Shown here piece after piece: positions 40,642 through 52,924 of a DNA stretch of 64,000 nucleotides (the first letter of the stretch is position 1; every line of letters starts with the position of its first letter). This DNA comes from the human T2T-CHM13v2.0 reference genome, Homo sapiens, in NCBI RefSeq assembly GCF_009914755.1, contig NC_060930.1. The stretch is one strand, 5' to 3'. Both the position numbers and the translations under genes were made by a program. A model generated the notes under the pieces. The model did not search any database, was not told the origin of the DNA, and was given only the letters and a program-made list of their open reading frames with translations.

Positions 40642-41206
40642 GAATGAGATCCAGTCATCTGCAACAACATAGATGGAACTGGAGATCATTATGTTAAATG
40701 AAATAAGTCAGGCACAGAAAGACAAATATTGCATGTTTTCACTTATATGTGGGATCTAAAAATCAAAACAACTCAACTCATGGACATAAAGAGTAGGATG
40801 GTTACCAAAGGCTGAGAAGGAGAGTGGGAGGGTGAGGGGTAGGTAGGGATGGTTAATGGGTACAAAAAAAGTAGTTAAAAAGAATGAATAAGACCTACTG
40901 TTTGATAGTACAAGAGGGTAGCTGTAACTTAATTGTATATTTTGAAATCACCTAAAAAGTGCATTGGATTGTTCATAACTCAAAGTGTAAATGCATAATC
41001 TCCATAATGTGCTTATTTAATGCCTGTATTAAAACACCTCATGTACCCCATAAATATATACACCTATTATGTATCCACAAAATTAAAAATATAAAAAGAT
41101 GGTTATACATAATTATACACATCCAGTAATGCTGTTTGTGTGAAATTATCTTAATAAAATAATCACAATAGCTCCAGGCACAAAGATAAAAAATTAAAAA
41201 AAAAAA
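40642..41206 (+). other. L1-mediated 3' transduction (L1MA 3' end + unique DNA + second poly(A))
   Basis: Lies between the L1 tail and the downstream TSD copy gaagcttgtgcatgc (34465-34479 / 41207-41221). AATAAA at 41153-41158 precedes the second A tail. Confidence 0.9.
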
Positions 41207-41221
41207 GAAGCTTGTGCATGC

Positions 41222-42496
41222 ATTTCAAAGTTCTCATGCCATGGTTTTCCGCTCCATCAGGTCATTTAAGGTCTTCTCTACACTGTTTATTCTAGTTAGC
41301 CATTCATCTAACCTTTTTTCAAGGTTTTTGCTTCCTTGCAATGGGTTAGTACATGCTCTTTAGCTCGGAGAAGTTTGTTATTACCGACCTCCTGAAGCCT
41401 ACTTCTGTCAACTCATCAAAGTCATTCTCCGTCCAGCTTTGTTCTGTTGCTGGCGAGGAGCTGCAATCCTTTGGAAGAGAAGAGGTGCTCTGGTTTTTAG
41501 AATTTTCAGCTTTTCTGCTCTGGTTTCTCGCCATCTTTGTGGTTTTATCTACCTTTGGTCTTTGATATTGGTGACCTACAGATGGGGTTTGGTGTGGATG
41601 TCCTTTCTGTTGATGTTGATGCTATTCCTTTGTTTTCTTTCTAACACTCAGGTCTCTCAGCTGCAGGTCTGTTGGAGTTTGCTGGAGGTCCACTCCAGAT
41701 GCTGTTTGCCTGGGTATCAACAGCAGAGGCTGCAGAACAGCAAATATTGCAGAACAGCAAACATTGCTGCCTGATCTTTCCTCTGGAAGCTTCATCCCAG
41801 AGGGGCACCCCCCTGTATGAGGTGTCTGTCCATCCCTACTGGGAGGTGTCTCCCAGTTAGGCTACACGGGGGTCAGGAACCCACTTGAGGAGGCAGTCTG
41901 TCCATTCTCAGAGCTCAGTCGTCATGCTGGGAGAACCACTGCTCTCTTCAGAGCTGTCAGACAGGGACATTTAAGTCTGCAGAATTTTCTGCTGCCTTTT
42001 CTTCAGCTATGCCCTGCCCACAGAGGTAGAGTCTATAGAGGCAGTAGGCTTTGCTGAGCAGTCGTGGGCTCCGCCCAGTTTGAGCTTCCTGGCCACTTTG
42101 TTTACTGACTCAAGCCTCAGCAATGGTGGACACCCCTCCCCACACCAGGCTTCAGCCTTGCAGGTTGATCTCAGACTGCTGCACTAGCAGTGAGCAAGGC
42201 TCAGTGGGTGTGGGACCCGCCAAGCCAGGCATGGGAGTGTCCCATTTTTCCAAGTCTGTCACGGCTTCCCTTGGCTAGGAAAGGGAAATCCCTCGACCCC
42301 TTGTACTACTTGGGTGAGGCAATGCCCCGCCCTGCTTCTTCTCACCCTCCATGGGCTGCACCCACTGTCCAACCAGTCCCAGTGAGATGAACCAGGTACC
42401 TCAGTTGGAAATGCCGGAATCACCAGTCTTCTGCGTCAATCATGCTGGGAACTGCAGACCAGAGCTCTTCCTATTCGGTTATCTTGGAACAGACAC
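41222..42496 (-). mobile_element. L1PA7-like element, 5' part (5' UTR and ORF1 start)
   Basis: ORF1 N-terminus MARNQSRKAENSKNQS on minus strand. 5' end reads gttccaagat..ccgaatagg. Contiguous with 34464 after removing the inner insertion. Confidence 0.94.
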
Positions 42497-42739
42497 CTCT
42501 GGAATCCTTATTTTTAAATAGCTGCCCAGAGTTTGGTTTGCATATAGGTTTAGGAATAAATGCACTAATCCCTTACAGCAGGATTCAGTTAACATTTTCG
42601 TTCATACACAACTAAATATGTCGTGTGTATCTTTATTTACATACAACTTTAAATTTGTCTGTGTGTGGAGTGAGGTAAAAATGCTCAGAAAATGGGGTGG
42701 TCTTTTTCTGAGGTGGACACTTGTGGTTGCCTTCTGTTC

Positions 42740-43160
42740 TGACTAATATTACTACATAACAAACCACCCAAAAATTAGGGGTGTAAAGCAACATTTGTTT
42801 CTGCTCACAGATTCTAGCAGCAATTCACACAAGGGACAGCAGGGATGCTTATCTTTTCTCCATGTCTGTGGCCTCAGTTAGGGCAACTCACAAGCTAGGG
42901 ATAACCTGACAGCAGGGGGAGGAATCATCTGGAAGCCCCCTTATTCACATGCCTGGCAGTTGTGCTGGGATGCAGCACTCAGCTGGGACTGTCAACCAGA
43001 GCACCTCACACAGCTTCTCTAATGGCTTGGGCTTCCTCACAGCATGGCAGCCTCAGGATTGTCAAATTTCTTACTCACTCCAGTGTGAGTGCTCCACATG
43101 ACAATGTAGAAACTTCACTGCCTTTATGATAAAAACCTTACATCACTTCTGCTTGATTGC
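42740..43160 (-). mobile_element. Old MLT1-type MaLR LTR remnant
   Basis: cataacaaaccacccaaaa...ggaatcatctggaag...ggcttcctcacagcatggc motifs. Confidence 0.6.
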
Positions 43161-43966
43161 CCAAATTTAAAAAGCAAAAACCAAACAAACCTCATGGAGG
43201 AATTTCAGACACTATCCATAGTCTTATAAGGACTAAATTTGGAAATGGGGGGCACAACTTATAGTGTTTCACCATCTCTGCCTTGCTTTGGCTTAAAGCA
43301 GGCTCTAAGTAGAGATGTCCCCTTCACATTCCTGACACAAGTAAAAAGGAAAACACAAACAGACATAGAAATTTTGCACCATCTATCAACCTTTGGAGGG
43401 CATGTGGTCAGCTATCCCACCGAGCTGGAAATGAGACAGCAAGTCATGTGCCTGTGAGTATGAGAAAAATGCTTTTTTTATACCTGCAAACAATTTTCAC
43501 CCTCCTACATAGTGATCTCTTGAGTGATTCTATTAAGAATAAAGATTCTATTAACATTCTGTATGTTTCCATGGTGCTTCATAGTTTTCAGAGAGCTTTC
43601 CCATTCACTTTCTTATTTAGAATTCACAGATAGAAATTCCTGTAGTGGGTTTTAAAATCTCCATTTTTCAGGGTTGAAGACATGGAGCAGTGTGCTTGCA
43701 GTCACACTGCTACTGTGTGGCAAAGCCAGGGCTCTTGTGCATCACCCCACACTTCATTCCACAGGAGTTCATCTAATTATCCTCACGAATTACACCATGG
43801 AAAGTCTTCCCTTGCACACCTCAGCCATTCTACTAAAAGCTTCTGAGTTATAAATCCAAAAGGGTTGTTCATTTATATATCATTAGCTTACATTAATTGA
43901 GCGCTTACTATATTATATGTCTGGTATGCTCGTATTTTTCATGTATCGTCTCTTCTCATTACAAGG

Positions 43967-46404
43967 TGATATTGTTTGAATATATGTCCCCACCAAATCT
44001 CACGTTGAATTGTAATCTCCAATGTTGGAGGTGGGACCTGGTGGGAGATGTTTGGATCATAAGGGTGGGTCCCTCATGGATGGCTTGAGCCATCCCTTGG
44101 TGATAAGTGAGCTCTCTCTCAGAGTTCACACAAGATATGGTGGTTTAAAAGTGTGTGGCACCTTCCCCCACAACTATCTCTCCCTTGCTCCTGCTGTCAT
44201 CATGTGATGTGCCTGCTTTCACAACACCTTCTACCATGACTGTAAGCTTCCTGAGGCCTCTCTAGAAGTTGAGTAGATGCCAGCATCATACTCCCTATAC
44301 AGCCTACAGAACCATGGGCCAATTAAATATCATTTCTTATAAATTACTCCGTCTCAGGTTTCTATTTATAGCAGTGCAATAATGGCCTAATGCAGAAAAT
44401 TGGTACCAAGGAATGGGACATTGCTATAAAAAAAAAAAACCTGAAAATGTGAAAGCAGCTTTGGAACTGGGTAACAGGAAGAGGCTGAAAGAGTTTGGAG
44501 GGCTCAGAAAACGACAGGAAGATGAGGGACAGTTCATAACTTCCTAGAAACTGGTTAAACAATTGTGACCAAAATGCTGATAGTGATATGGACAGTGAAG
44601 TCCAGGCTATTGAGGTCTCACATGGAGATGAGGAACTTTTTGGGAACTGCAACAAAGGTCATTTGTGTTATGCCTTAGCAAAGAGCTTGCCTGCACTCTG
44701 TTTATGTCCTAGGGATCAGTGGAAGTTTTAACTTCAGAGTGATGATGCAGGGCATCTAGCAGAAGAAATTTCTAAGCAGCAAAGCATTCAAGATGTGGCC
44801 TGGCTCCTTCTAACAGCCTATGTTCAGATGTGGGAGCCAAGAAATGACTTAAAGTTGAGATTTTTATATTTAAAAGGGAAGCAGAGCATAAAAGTTTGGA
44901 AAATTTGCAGCCTGTCCATGCAACAGAGAAAGGAAACACTTTTTTCAAGAGAGGAATTAAGGCAGGTTGTGGGGCAACAACTTGCTAGAGAAATATGCAT
45001 AACTAAAAGGGAGCCAAGCACTAATAGCCAAGACCATGGAGAAAATGTCTCAAAAGCATTTGAGAAACCTTCCCAGCAGCCCCTCGTATCATAAACCCAG
45101 AGGCCTAGGAGAGAAGAATGGTTTTGTGGGCCAGGCCCAGGGCCCCTACTACCTTATACAGCCTCAGGACACTGCTTCCCACATCTCAGCTGCTCCAGCT
45201 CCAACTGTGGCTTAAAGGACCCCAAATATAGCTTAGGCCACAGCTCCAGAGGGTGTAAGCCATAAGCCTTAGTGGCTTCCATGTTGTGTTAAGCCTGAAG
45301 CCACATAGAACGCAAGCACAAAGGCCTGGCACCCTCTACCTAGATTTCAGAGAATGTATGAAAAAGCCCGTTTGTCCAGGCAGAACCTTTCTGCAGGGGT
45401 GAAGCCCTCACAGAGAACCTCTACTATGGAAGTGCAGGGGGGCAGGAAATGTAGGATTGAGGGCCCCACACAAAGTCCCCACTGGAGCACTGACTAGTAG
45501 AGCTGTTAGAAGGGGGCCACCCTCCACCAGACCCCAGAATGGTACATCCACCAGTGGCTTGTGCCCTGTGCCTGAAAAAGCCAGAGGCACACAATTCTAA
45601 TTTGTGATAGCAGCCCTGGGGGCTGAACCTTGCAAAGTCACAGCAGTGAAGCTGCCCAATGCCTTGGAACCCTTGCCTTGCACCAATGTGCCCTGGATGT
45701 GAGACATGAAGTCAAAGGAGACTATTTTGAAGCTTTAAGATTTAATGACTGCCCTGCTGGGTTTTGAACTTGCATCAGGCCTCTAGCCCCTTTCTTTTGG
45801 AAAGTTTCTCCCTTTTGGAATGAAAATGTTTACCCAATGCCTACACCCTCATTGTATCTTAGAAGTAAATAACTTGTTTTGATTTTATGGCTTCAAAGGT
45901 GGAAGTAACTCATCTCCAGATAAAAATTAGGACTTTGGACTTTTGAATTAATACTGGAATTAGTTAAGACTTTGGGAAACTGTTGGGAAGGATTTATTGT
46001 ATTTTGCAATATGAGAAGGATATGAAATTTGGGGGACAAGAGGGGACCAGACAAGAGGTATTTAGATCATGGGGATATATGTCTTCATGTATGTCTTGGG
46101 CCCCATGGTGATAAGTGAGCTTTCACTCAGTTCACACACGATCTGTTGGTTTAAAAGTATATGTTACCTCCCCCTGGCCAGCCATTCTTTCTCCCTTGCT
46201 CCTGCTTTCACCATGTGAAGTGCTGCTTCCACTTTGTCTTTTGCCATGATTTCAAACTTCATGAGGCTTCCTTAGAAACCAAGCAGATGCCAGCACCATG
46301 CTTCCTGTATAGCCTGCAAAACTGTGAGCCAATTAAATCTCTTTTCTTATAAATTACCCAGTCTCAGGTATCTATTTATAGCAGTGCAAGAATGGCCTAA
46401 TACA
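43967..46404 (+). mobile_element. Near-complete MST (MaLR) provirus: LTR 43967-44394, internal ~44395-46045, 5'-deleted 3' LTR to 46404
   Basis: Both LTRs end tttatagcagtgcaa.aatggcctaat.ca. Internal region starts gaaaattggtacc and has typical MST/THE1-int sequence. Confidence 0.88.
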
Positions 46405-47889
46405 AAAGATAGGCCATTACATTCTCTGTAATGTGCATATTCATTCATATGATGTAGATAAATCAGGGATACAGTCCCCAAGACACAAAATCATGATAGC
46501 TCATATGCAATGTTTTACAAGGTGACTATGATTTACACCACCTAGCAGCACCAAGTAAATGAAGAAATGCCGACCCCTTGAATGCAATGACCATGGGAGA
46601 AACACAAACACACCTCCTCATCTTTTCTCCCTTACCCCACTTGACCTGCAGGCTTTGCCCTATGAGTGTGTATACAGTGCTGTCCTCTCAAACTTTCTTG
46701 CTAAAAATATTTACTGCAACATCCCAGACAGGAATAAGCATCCTGAGTAGATGAATCCAAGTAGCAAATGAGAAGGGAACGCCTTAAGTCTTGAGAAGAA
46801 GCTTAAAACAACAAAACATTTTTTGGAACACTGAAACATTTACAAATACACAAGAGAACTTGTGATAGCACAAGAACAAGAGATCTAACAGAATCCATAT
46901 TGTGTGCCATCAGTGACAATACATCTCAAATAAAAGAAAGCTATTCAGCAGGAACAACTATGAGAGCTGCAACATCTCTTGATTAAGCCTGAGGAAGGTA
47001 TAAATAATGTTGATGATGATGTAGACCATGATAACAAAAGTCCAGTAACTGTCACCAGAGGGAAATATGCCACTATAATTGGGCTGATGTGCACCCACAG
47101 GTATTGAAAACAATTACCCCACTGAGCAAAGCACCCACTGCCTAGCAGTCTCCCATATCACTTGAGGCCATATATGCAGCTTCTTAAAGAAAGGAGAAAA
47201 TGGCCTAACAACAACTTCTGCATTTCTATTTTAAATTAATGTAAAAGGTAAACAGGACAAACCATAGCACCTTTAGTGCAATAGCATTTTGTCCTACTAT
47301 TTTCCTCCTTCTCCATAACTCAGAAGCCCCCACTGTGCACTTACGACTCACCAAGCAAACCTTGTGCTTTCTGTAAGGTGAAGCACTTATGTACCATGGT
47401 ATTTTTTAAATTTTATAAGGGACTTGAGATTTTTAAAGCTTTTATTAGGGTTTTAGAAGAGTATTCCTTACTAGACTATATAGGTGTTGTGTTTCACGCA
47501 ATTAAATTTTTCCCAGAAGGCTCATCATTTTTATTGCATGAAATTCTACATTACATTTATTTTTTAGAAAGATGTATATGGCACTGTAGGAGAAACAACT
47601 ATATTATCTCATTTAATCCTCATCTTACCCCACTTTACAAGAGAAAACATTGGGTATGGTTTTCATTGAACATCAAAATCTCATATCTTGTACATATTCT
47701 CCCAAACTGTGTTCCCCGTCTTTCTTCTAATGTAATGTTAGCTGAGTTTCTCCACCATTCAAAAGCCTTTTCCTAGAACATCATGATGAGAGAAATCACA
47801 AAGCGGTAGCTCCCAGCCCTGCTAAAAGGAGGAAACGTGCTTGGCATCCAAATGGAAACTGGTTTCTAGTACTTAGGTCAAAAGTTCAT

Positions 47890-47891
<2 letters not shown>

Positions 47892-47938
<47 letters not shown>
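47892..47938. repeat. Long perfect (CA)n microsatellite
   Basis: Direct run, ~23 units. Confidence 0.97.
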
Positions 47939-47941
<3 letters not shown>

Positions 47942-50737
47942 CGTTCTCAAGAGAAGTTCTTAAGGCCAAAAGAAAAAACAGAGAGACTACCAACACATAG
48001 ATCCTAGAGTGAAAAAATCCAACTGGCAATCTGAACTAATGTAGGCAGTTTCCCCAAAGCGACTGGTAACTATTGAGTTACTTTCCCCAGGGTCAGCTGC
48101 AGAGAAGGAATTAGAAAGACCAAGTTGGGGCCCTTCTCTACTCCTTTTAAATACCGCGTTTCTGTTGCTTGGAACTTTCATATTTCTGCATCAGACTGTT
48201 CTCCTTGCTATATTTCACACTCCCTCTGGCTTCACATCAGAAGAACAAGGTCAGTATTTGTTTGTAATGGAATAGGGGTGTGATGGTGAATAATACAGAT
48301 GTATATTTTACTTGGAACAAATGCAGTTCACCTTTCTTCTCTGAGTAAACTGAGATCTTGAGAGAGGCTGCACTGCATAAGCCTTCAAAAGGAGGCCCTC
48401 CTTGGGTATTCCAAACATTTTATCAAGCCACAAGATCCTCTTGTTTCAAGCAAGAAGCACCTACAAAGAAAAAGACAGTTTCTGTAAGACACTTGGATTT
48501 TGGGTTTGTTAGTTCTTTTGGGGTGAATTTTTAATGTTAACAGAAAAACCAAACTACCTTGGTGGAATTGGGTGCCAGGAGGCATTAAATAAATGGATTC
48601 AAGTAAGTACATTTGCAATACCCTAGAATGGTACATTCTCTCAGGTCCTTTGCTTTGGGTTTTTCAGAGAGATTCAGAATACGTTTCTACATTTATTTAA
48701 AGTAGAATGTTAAGGCCAAGATGAAGAGAATCAATTCTAATCAGCTTTTGAAGTAGAAACAGGACAGGATCAATCTTGCAGCACTCAACAGACTATCTCC
48801 CATTTGGAACTAAAGATGCAGAACATAAAACATTCCATTAGATCCCTATTTTATTTCATTTGTGGCCACATGAGTCTGTCTAATCCTGACCACAGAATCA
48901 GAATGTTGAAAAGACTTTGAAGGTTCATCGAATCCACACCCACGCCTATGGGAAGATCTCCCACTAACCCTCCAGACACATGGGGACTTACCCTGTTTCT
49001 AAAGACCTCCACGAAGTCCTACAAAAAGTGTTAAAACACCAGCTCTCCTGCCAGTGGTCTGCTGGGATTGTTGAATTTGCGTCGGCCCCACCTCCATTAA
49101 TCAATCCCACTCCAGCTCCTCAGAATCATCCCCTTTTCTCTACTCTTTAATACTCAACATCTGCCCACAGCTCACATGTGTTGCATTGCCAAGTTCTGGC
49201 CCCTAAGCCAGCTGAGGCCTGTTCTAGTCTATTGAAGCCAAGGCACAGGTGTGGCTGTCAGGCAGCCCAAGCCCCTCCTGTTGTTCCCCATGCAACCATT
49301 GGCAGTGCTTCAGCTGCTGAGCAGCTAGTGAGAGGAAAGGCAAATTCCTAAACACTCAGGAGTTTTGGAGTGTTTCATTCTTTGCAAGGAAAAAAGATTC
49401 ATAGATCTTTTATTAGGGAGGCTGCAAGTGATGCTTGATATAAAATATTTGCCTTTTGTTTAACATAGTAAATTGATCATTATTTGGCTACCCCAACTCA
49501 AACTTCTGATCAAGCCTCAAAATTTGCAGCACCAACCTCTACCAGAATTCCTACTCTGTTGGCTTAAAATAGCAGAGGAGTAAACTTTTTTCCTTCATTA
49601 ATATGAAAGAATTTGAAGCATTAGAAATAGCCCTGCACTAAAGAAACAGGTACTAAGAATGATGTTTCCCAGGAAATGCGTGTGGCCAGAAACCTAAGTC
49701 AGGAATGAAGAATCCTCAATGAGCATTGGAGAGGACTGTCTACTTTCCTTGACTCTCATATCATTCCTGGCTCCAGACTGGCTCCTGGAAAACGCTTTTT
49801 CTCCATTTCCCAGACAATGTCTTGTGCACTCCCCCATTGCCTGAGAGAGACTTAGGGAGGGTTATCTGTAGTACCAATCAAGGCAGCTTGGATGCTCCCC
49901 TCCAGCCTTCAGCAGACAGACCCTCCTGGAGATGTGGGAAGGGCCATCACCCCACTGTAAGGAGCTGAGGCCCTGTTGATCAGCTTTTTCAGTTTCAGCA
50001 ACAGAAGCAGACAGGCCTTGAGCTGTATGGAGTGGAGCCTGCAGTTACTGGTGTGACCATCCACTGCAGTCAGAGGCAAAACCCTGAGAGAAGCCCAAAA
50101 TCCAGCTGAAGAATGGGAATGCACAGGGTCATACTCCTCAGGTGGTGCCAATTTTCAAAACCCCAGACCCCTCAAATCAAGGACTGTATCCCAGAGAACT
50201 GGATAAACCAGCTATGTCCCTACAGATAAAGACACATGCTACCCTTTAACTTCCTGCTGGCTAAATGCTTTCTCTGAAGGCCTCGCCTGAGCTAAAATCA
50301 GATTTTCACATTTAGTATAATAATTCTCAAAAGCCCCACCCCCCGATCATAATCATCTTTTGACCTCCCTTCTCAGTGTTTCTACATTCACTGAGAAGTC
50401 TTAGCCAAGCTCCTACGACTCCTAATAGCTCAGATGACCCTAAACAGATGCATGCATTTGGATCATGTTAAGTTCATGTTCCAGCACTCCTGTCAGCCTT
50501 TCTTTCAGAAAGGTGATTTTTTCTCAGACTCAGGACAATTTTATATGGTAAACAGATTGCTTAAACAAACAAGCTTTGTTAACTTTTAAAGAAAGCACAT
50601 AAATTATACCATCATAAAGCTTTCCCTTTTCAGGTTTGTAACTGGAGTGTCATAAACATCAGACTTGATGATCTTTGGTCCACATTTCAGATGTCTCTAT
50701 CTTCAGGTGAGCCCCAAATGATTCTTACAAAGGGTAG

Positions 50738-50756
50738 CAGCGCCCTCTACTGGTTG
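50738..50756 (-). promoter_or_regulatory. Candidate CTCF binding site
   Basis: Minus strand CAACCAGTAGAGGGCGCTG closely fits the CTCF core CCASYAGRKGGCRS. Lies in apparently non-repeat DNA with its CpG retained. Confidence 0.65.
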
Positions 50757-51379
50757 GCTTTGCAGGCTAAGCTTTTACAAGGTGGTAGTCTGAGTATGAA
50801 TCCCTTTGATGCTGAAATCCCTTGTAGTTAAGAAGGGAAATGAGGTTTTGAATGCGACGTTCTTCATTTCCTCAGCAACGCACATTGCAGCAAGGAGAGT
50901 CTCACATTTCTTCCATTACTATTTCTAGCATTTAATATAGCCAGCCACATTAGAACTGATGACACCTCGACAGCATTTTTCCCCATTACTAACGGTGTGA
51001 GGCAAATCGATGAGGGGTGGGGGGTTCCATTCTTCCCACCCTTTTTAGTACTCCGCCCCGCCCAAATAATAGAGCAGCACCACTGGCCATCTCTGAGATG
51101 TTCCCTTAAGAGCCACAGGAGGACAAACACAACCCACATGAGATGATAAGCCTGATTCTGTGCCACCTGGACTGGAAATCGACTAAGAGCTTGAGTGTAC
51201 AATAAGACTCTCACAACCATCCACACACAGCATAGAATTTCAATCTTGATCTGAAAGCAGCTGTCAAGCTCAACCACCTCAACCACTTACTTCCAAAGGA
51301 ATCTCTATGAATTCAGGAAACCAGGAGACCCTTTAGGTGGCTGGGGTACATTCAACAAAAAATATTTCACTATATTCAA

Positions 51380-51720
51380 CAAATATTTAGTAAGCACTTA
51401 CACTGTTCTGGTGCTGTGTAGGCACCAAGGAAACAGTGTTAAGAAAAAGCAACACCTGCTCTTAGTGGAACTTGTTGTCTAAGTGAGAAGACAAATAATC
51501 CCCAAAATTAATTACAAACAAGGACAAAAGACATGAAGGAAAGGTACACGATGTCATGTGGATATATAGTCTAGGGGAGTGGAGGGAGTTTCCCTGAGGA
51601 ACTAACATTATCACTGAGAGCAAAAGGGCAAATAGTAGTTACTGAGGGTGGGAGTGGGCATGGGTTCCAGGCAGAGAGATAAGCATGTGAAAGACAGCTG
51701 CCAGGCAGGGAGGGGCAAGA
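51380..51720. mobile_element. L2 remnant
   Basis: attcaacaaatatttagtaagcacttac terminal motif followed by purine-rich L2-like body. Confidence 0.55.
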
Positions 51721-52199
51721 TCCTGGATGTGACCCTTGCCATAGGCATCCATGTCTTTATGACATTATTTCTATAAAATTGACTAAATAAATAAATACAA
51801 ATAAATCCTTCCCAGCAATTGACCAAATTCCTCCAGTAAACCGAGTTGTCAATTTCTGTGCTGGGAAATGAGAGGAGTGGCCAAGTCTTCTACAAAGTGG
51901 GCATTTTTCTGGTTTTCGTCCACCTGCTGGAAGTTATGGATTCCAGTGAGCTCTTTGCTTCATCTTTGCATCATTTTAGCATGTTGCACCATGTACCCAA
52001 TGCCAGAGCCTTCTTTTATATGGGCAGTATCTACTTACCTATATCTCTTCTGGTACTTAACAGACACCAGGCATTTTTCTTGTGCTTGATAGTGACTCTA
52101 CATTAAACATTCCTAGAATTTTATCCCAGAATTCTTGGACAATGCCTCAGCAAGGTGATCTGCAACATTATTTTACTTATTTATTTCTGCTATTTTAAC

Positions 52200-52420
52200 A
52201 AATGGTTATTTAGAGCTCACTACATGCCAGGCAAATTCTAACTGCTTAACAAATAGTAACTCATTTCATCTTAATGATAATCTTATGAGGTGGTTACTAA
52301 TATTATCCCCATGTTGCAAATGAAGAAATTGAGGCACTAAGAGGATACGAAACTTTCCTGAGGTCACTCAGCTACAAGTGACCAAGCCACAGTTTGAGCC
52401 CAGTCAGTCCCCAGAAATAA
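52200..52420 (-). mobile_element. MIR SINE
   Basis: tattatccccatgttgcaaatgaagaaattgaggcac...cctgaggtcac MIR core. Confidence 0.75.
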
Positions 52421-52924
52421 AGCTGGAAAGCATTGCTCCACGCAGCTTCCTCTTAGCAAAATTAAAGAGGTACTCAACCAATAACGCTTTTTTATCTAGT
52501 TTAACATATGTCCCAGATGGGTAGAATCCTGTCAATTCTACCATTTGACAGCATTCTCCAATCCTACTTCTCATCCGGCTCTCTTTGGCTTCTGTACAAG
52601 CGCTGCCCCTTCATCCCCTCTCTCGGTATGGCAGCACCCACCACATGGAGCTGCTCTCGAGGCTCCAGATCTCCTCCCCTTTTTACCTCCATCCCACACC
52701 ACGTCACAGCACTCTAGAAAAAATGGTCTCTTCTATTTTTAAACTTCACTATCCCACCACTGCCTAAATATTGCAATTAGCCCTCATACCGGGTCCTCCA
52801 TGAGCTTGTCCCAGTTCACCTTTGTAATCTCATTTCCAAAAGCTCCTTACCCCCAGCCCAAACTTGCCCCTCCAGCAAACCTGGCCCACTTGCCTTCTTG
52901 GCATGGCTCCATACCCTTTCATGG

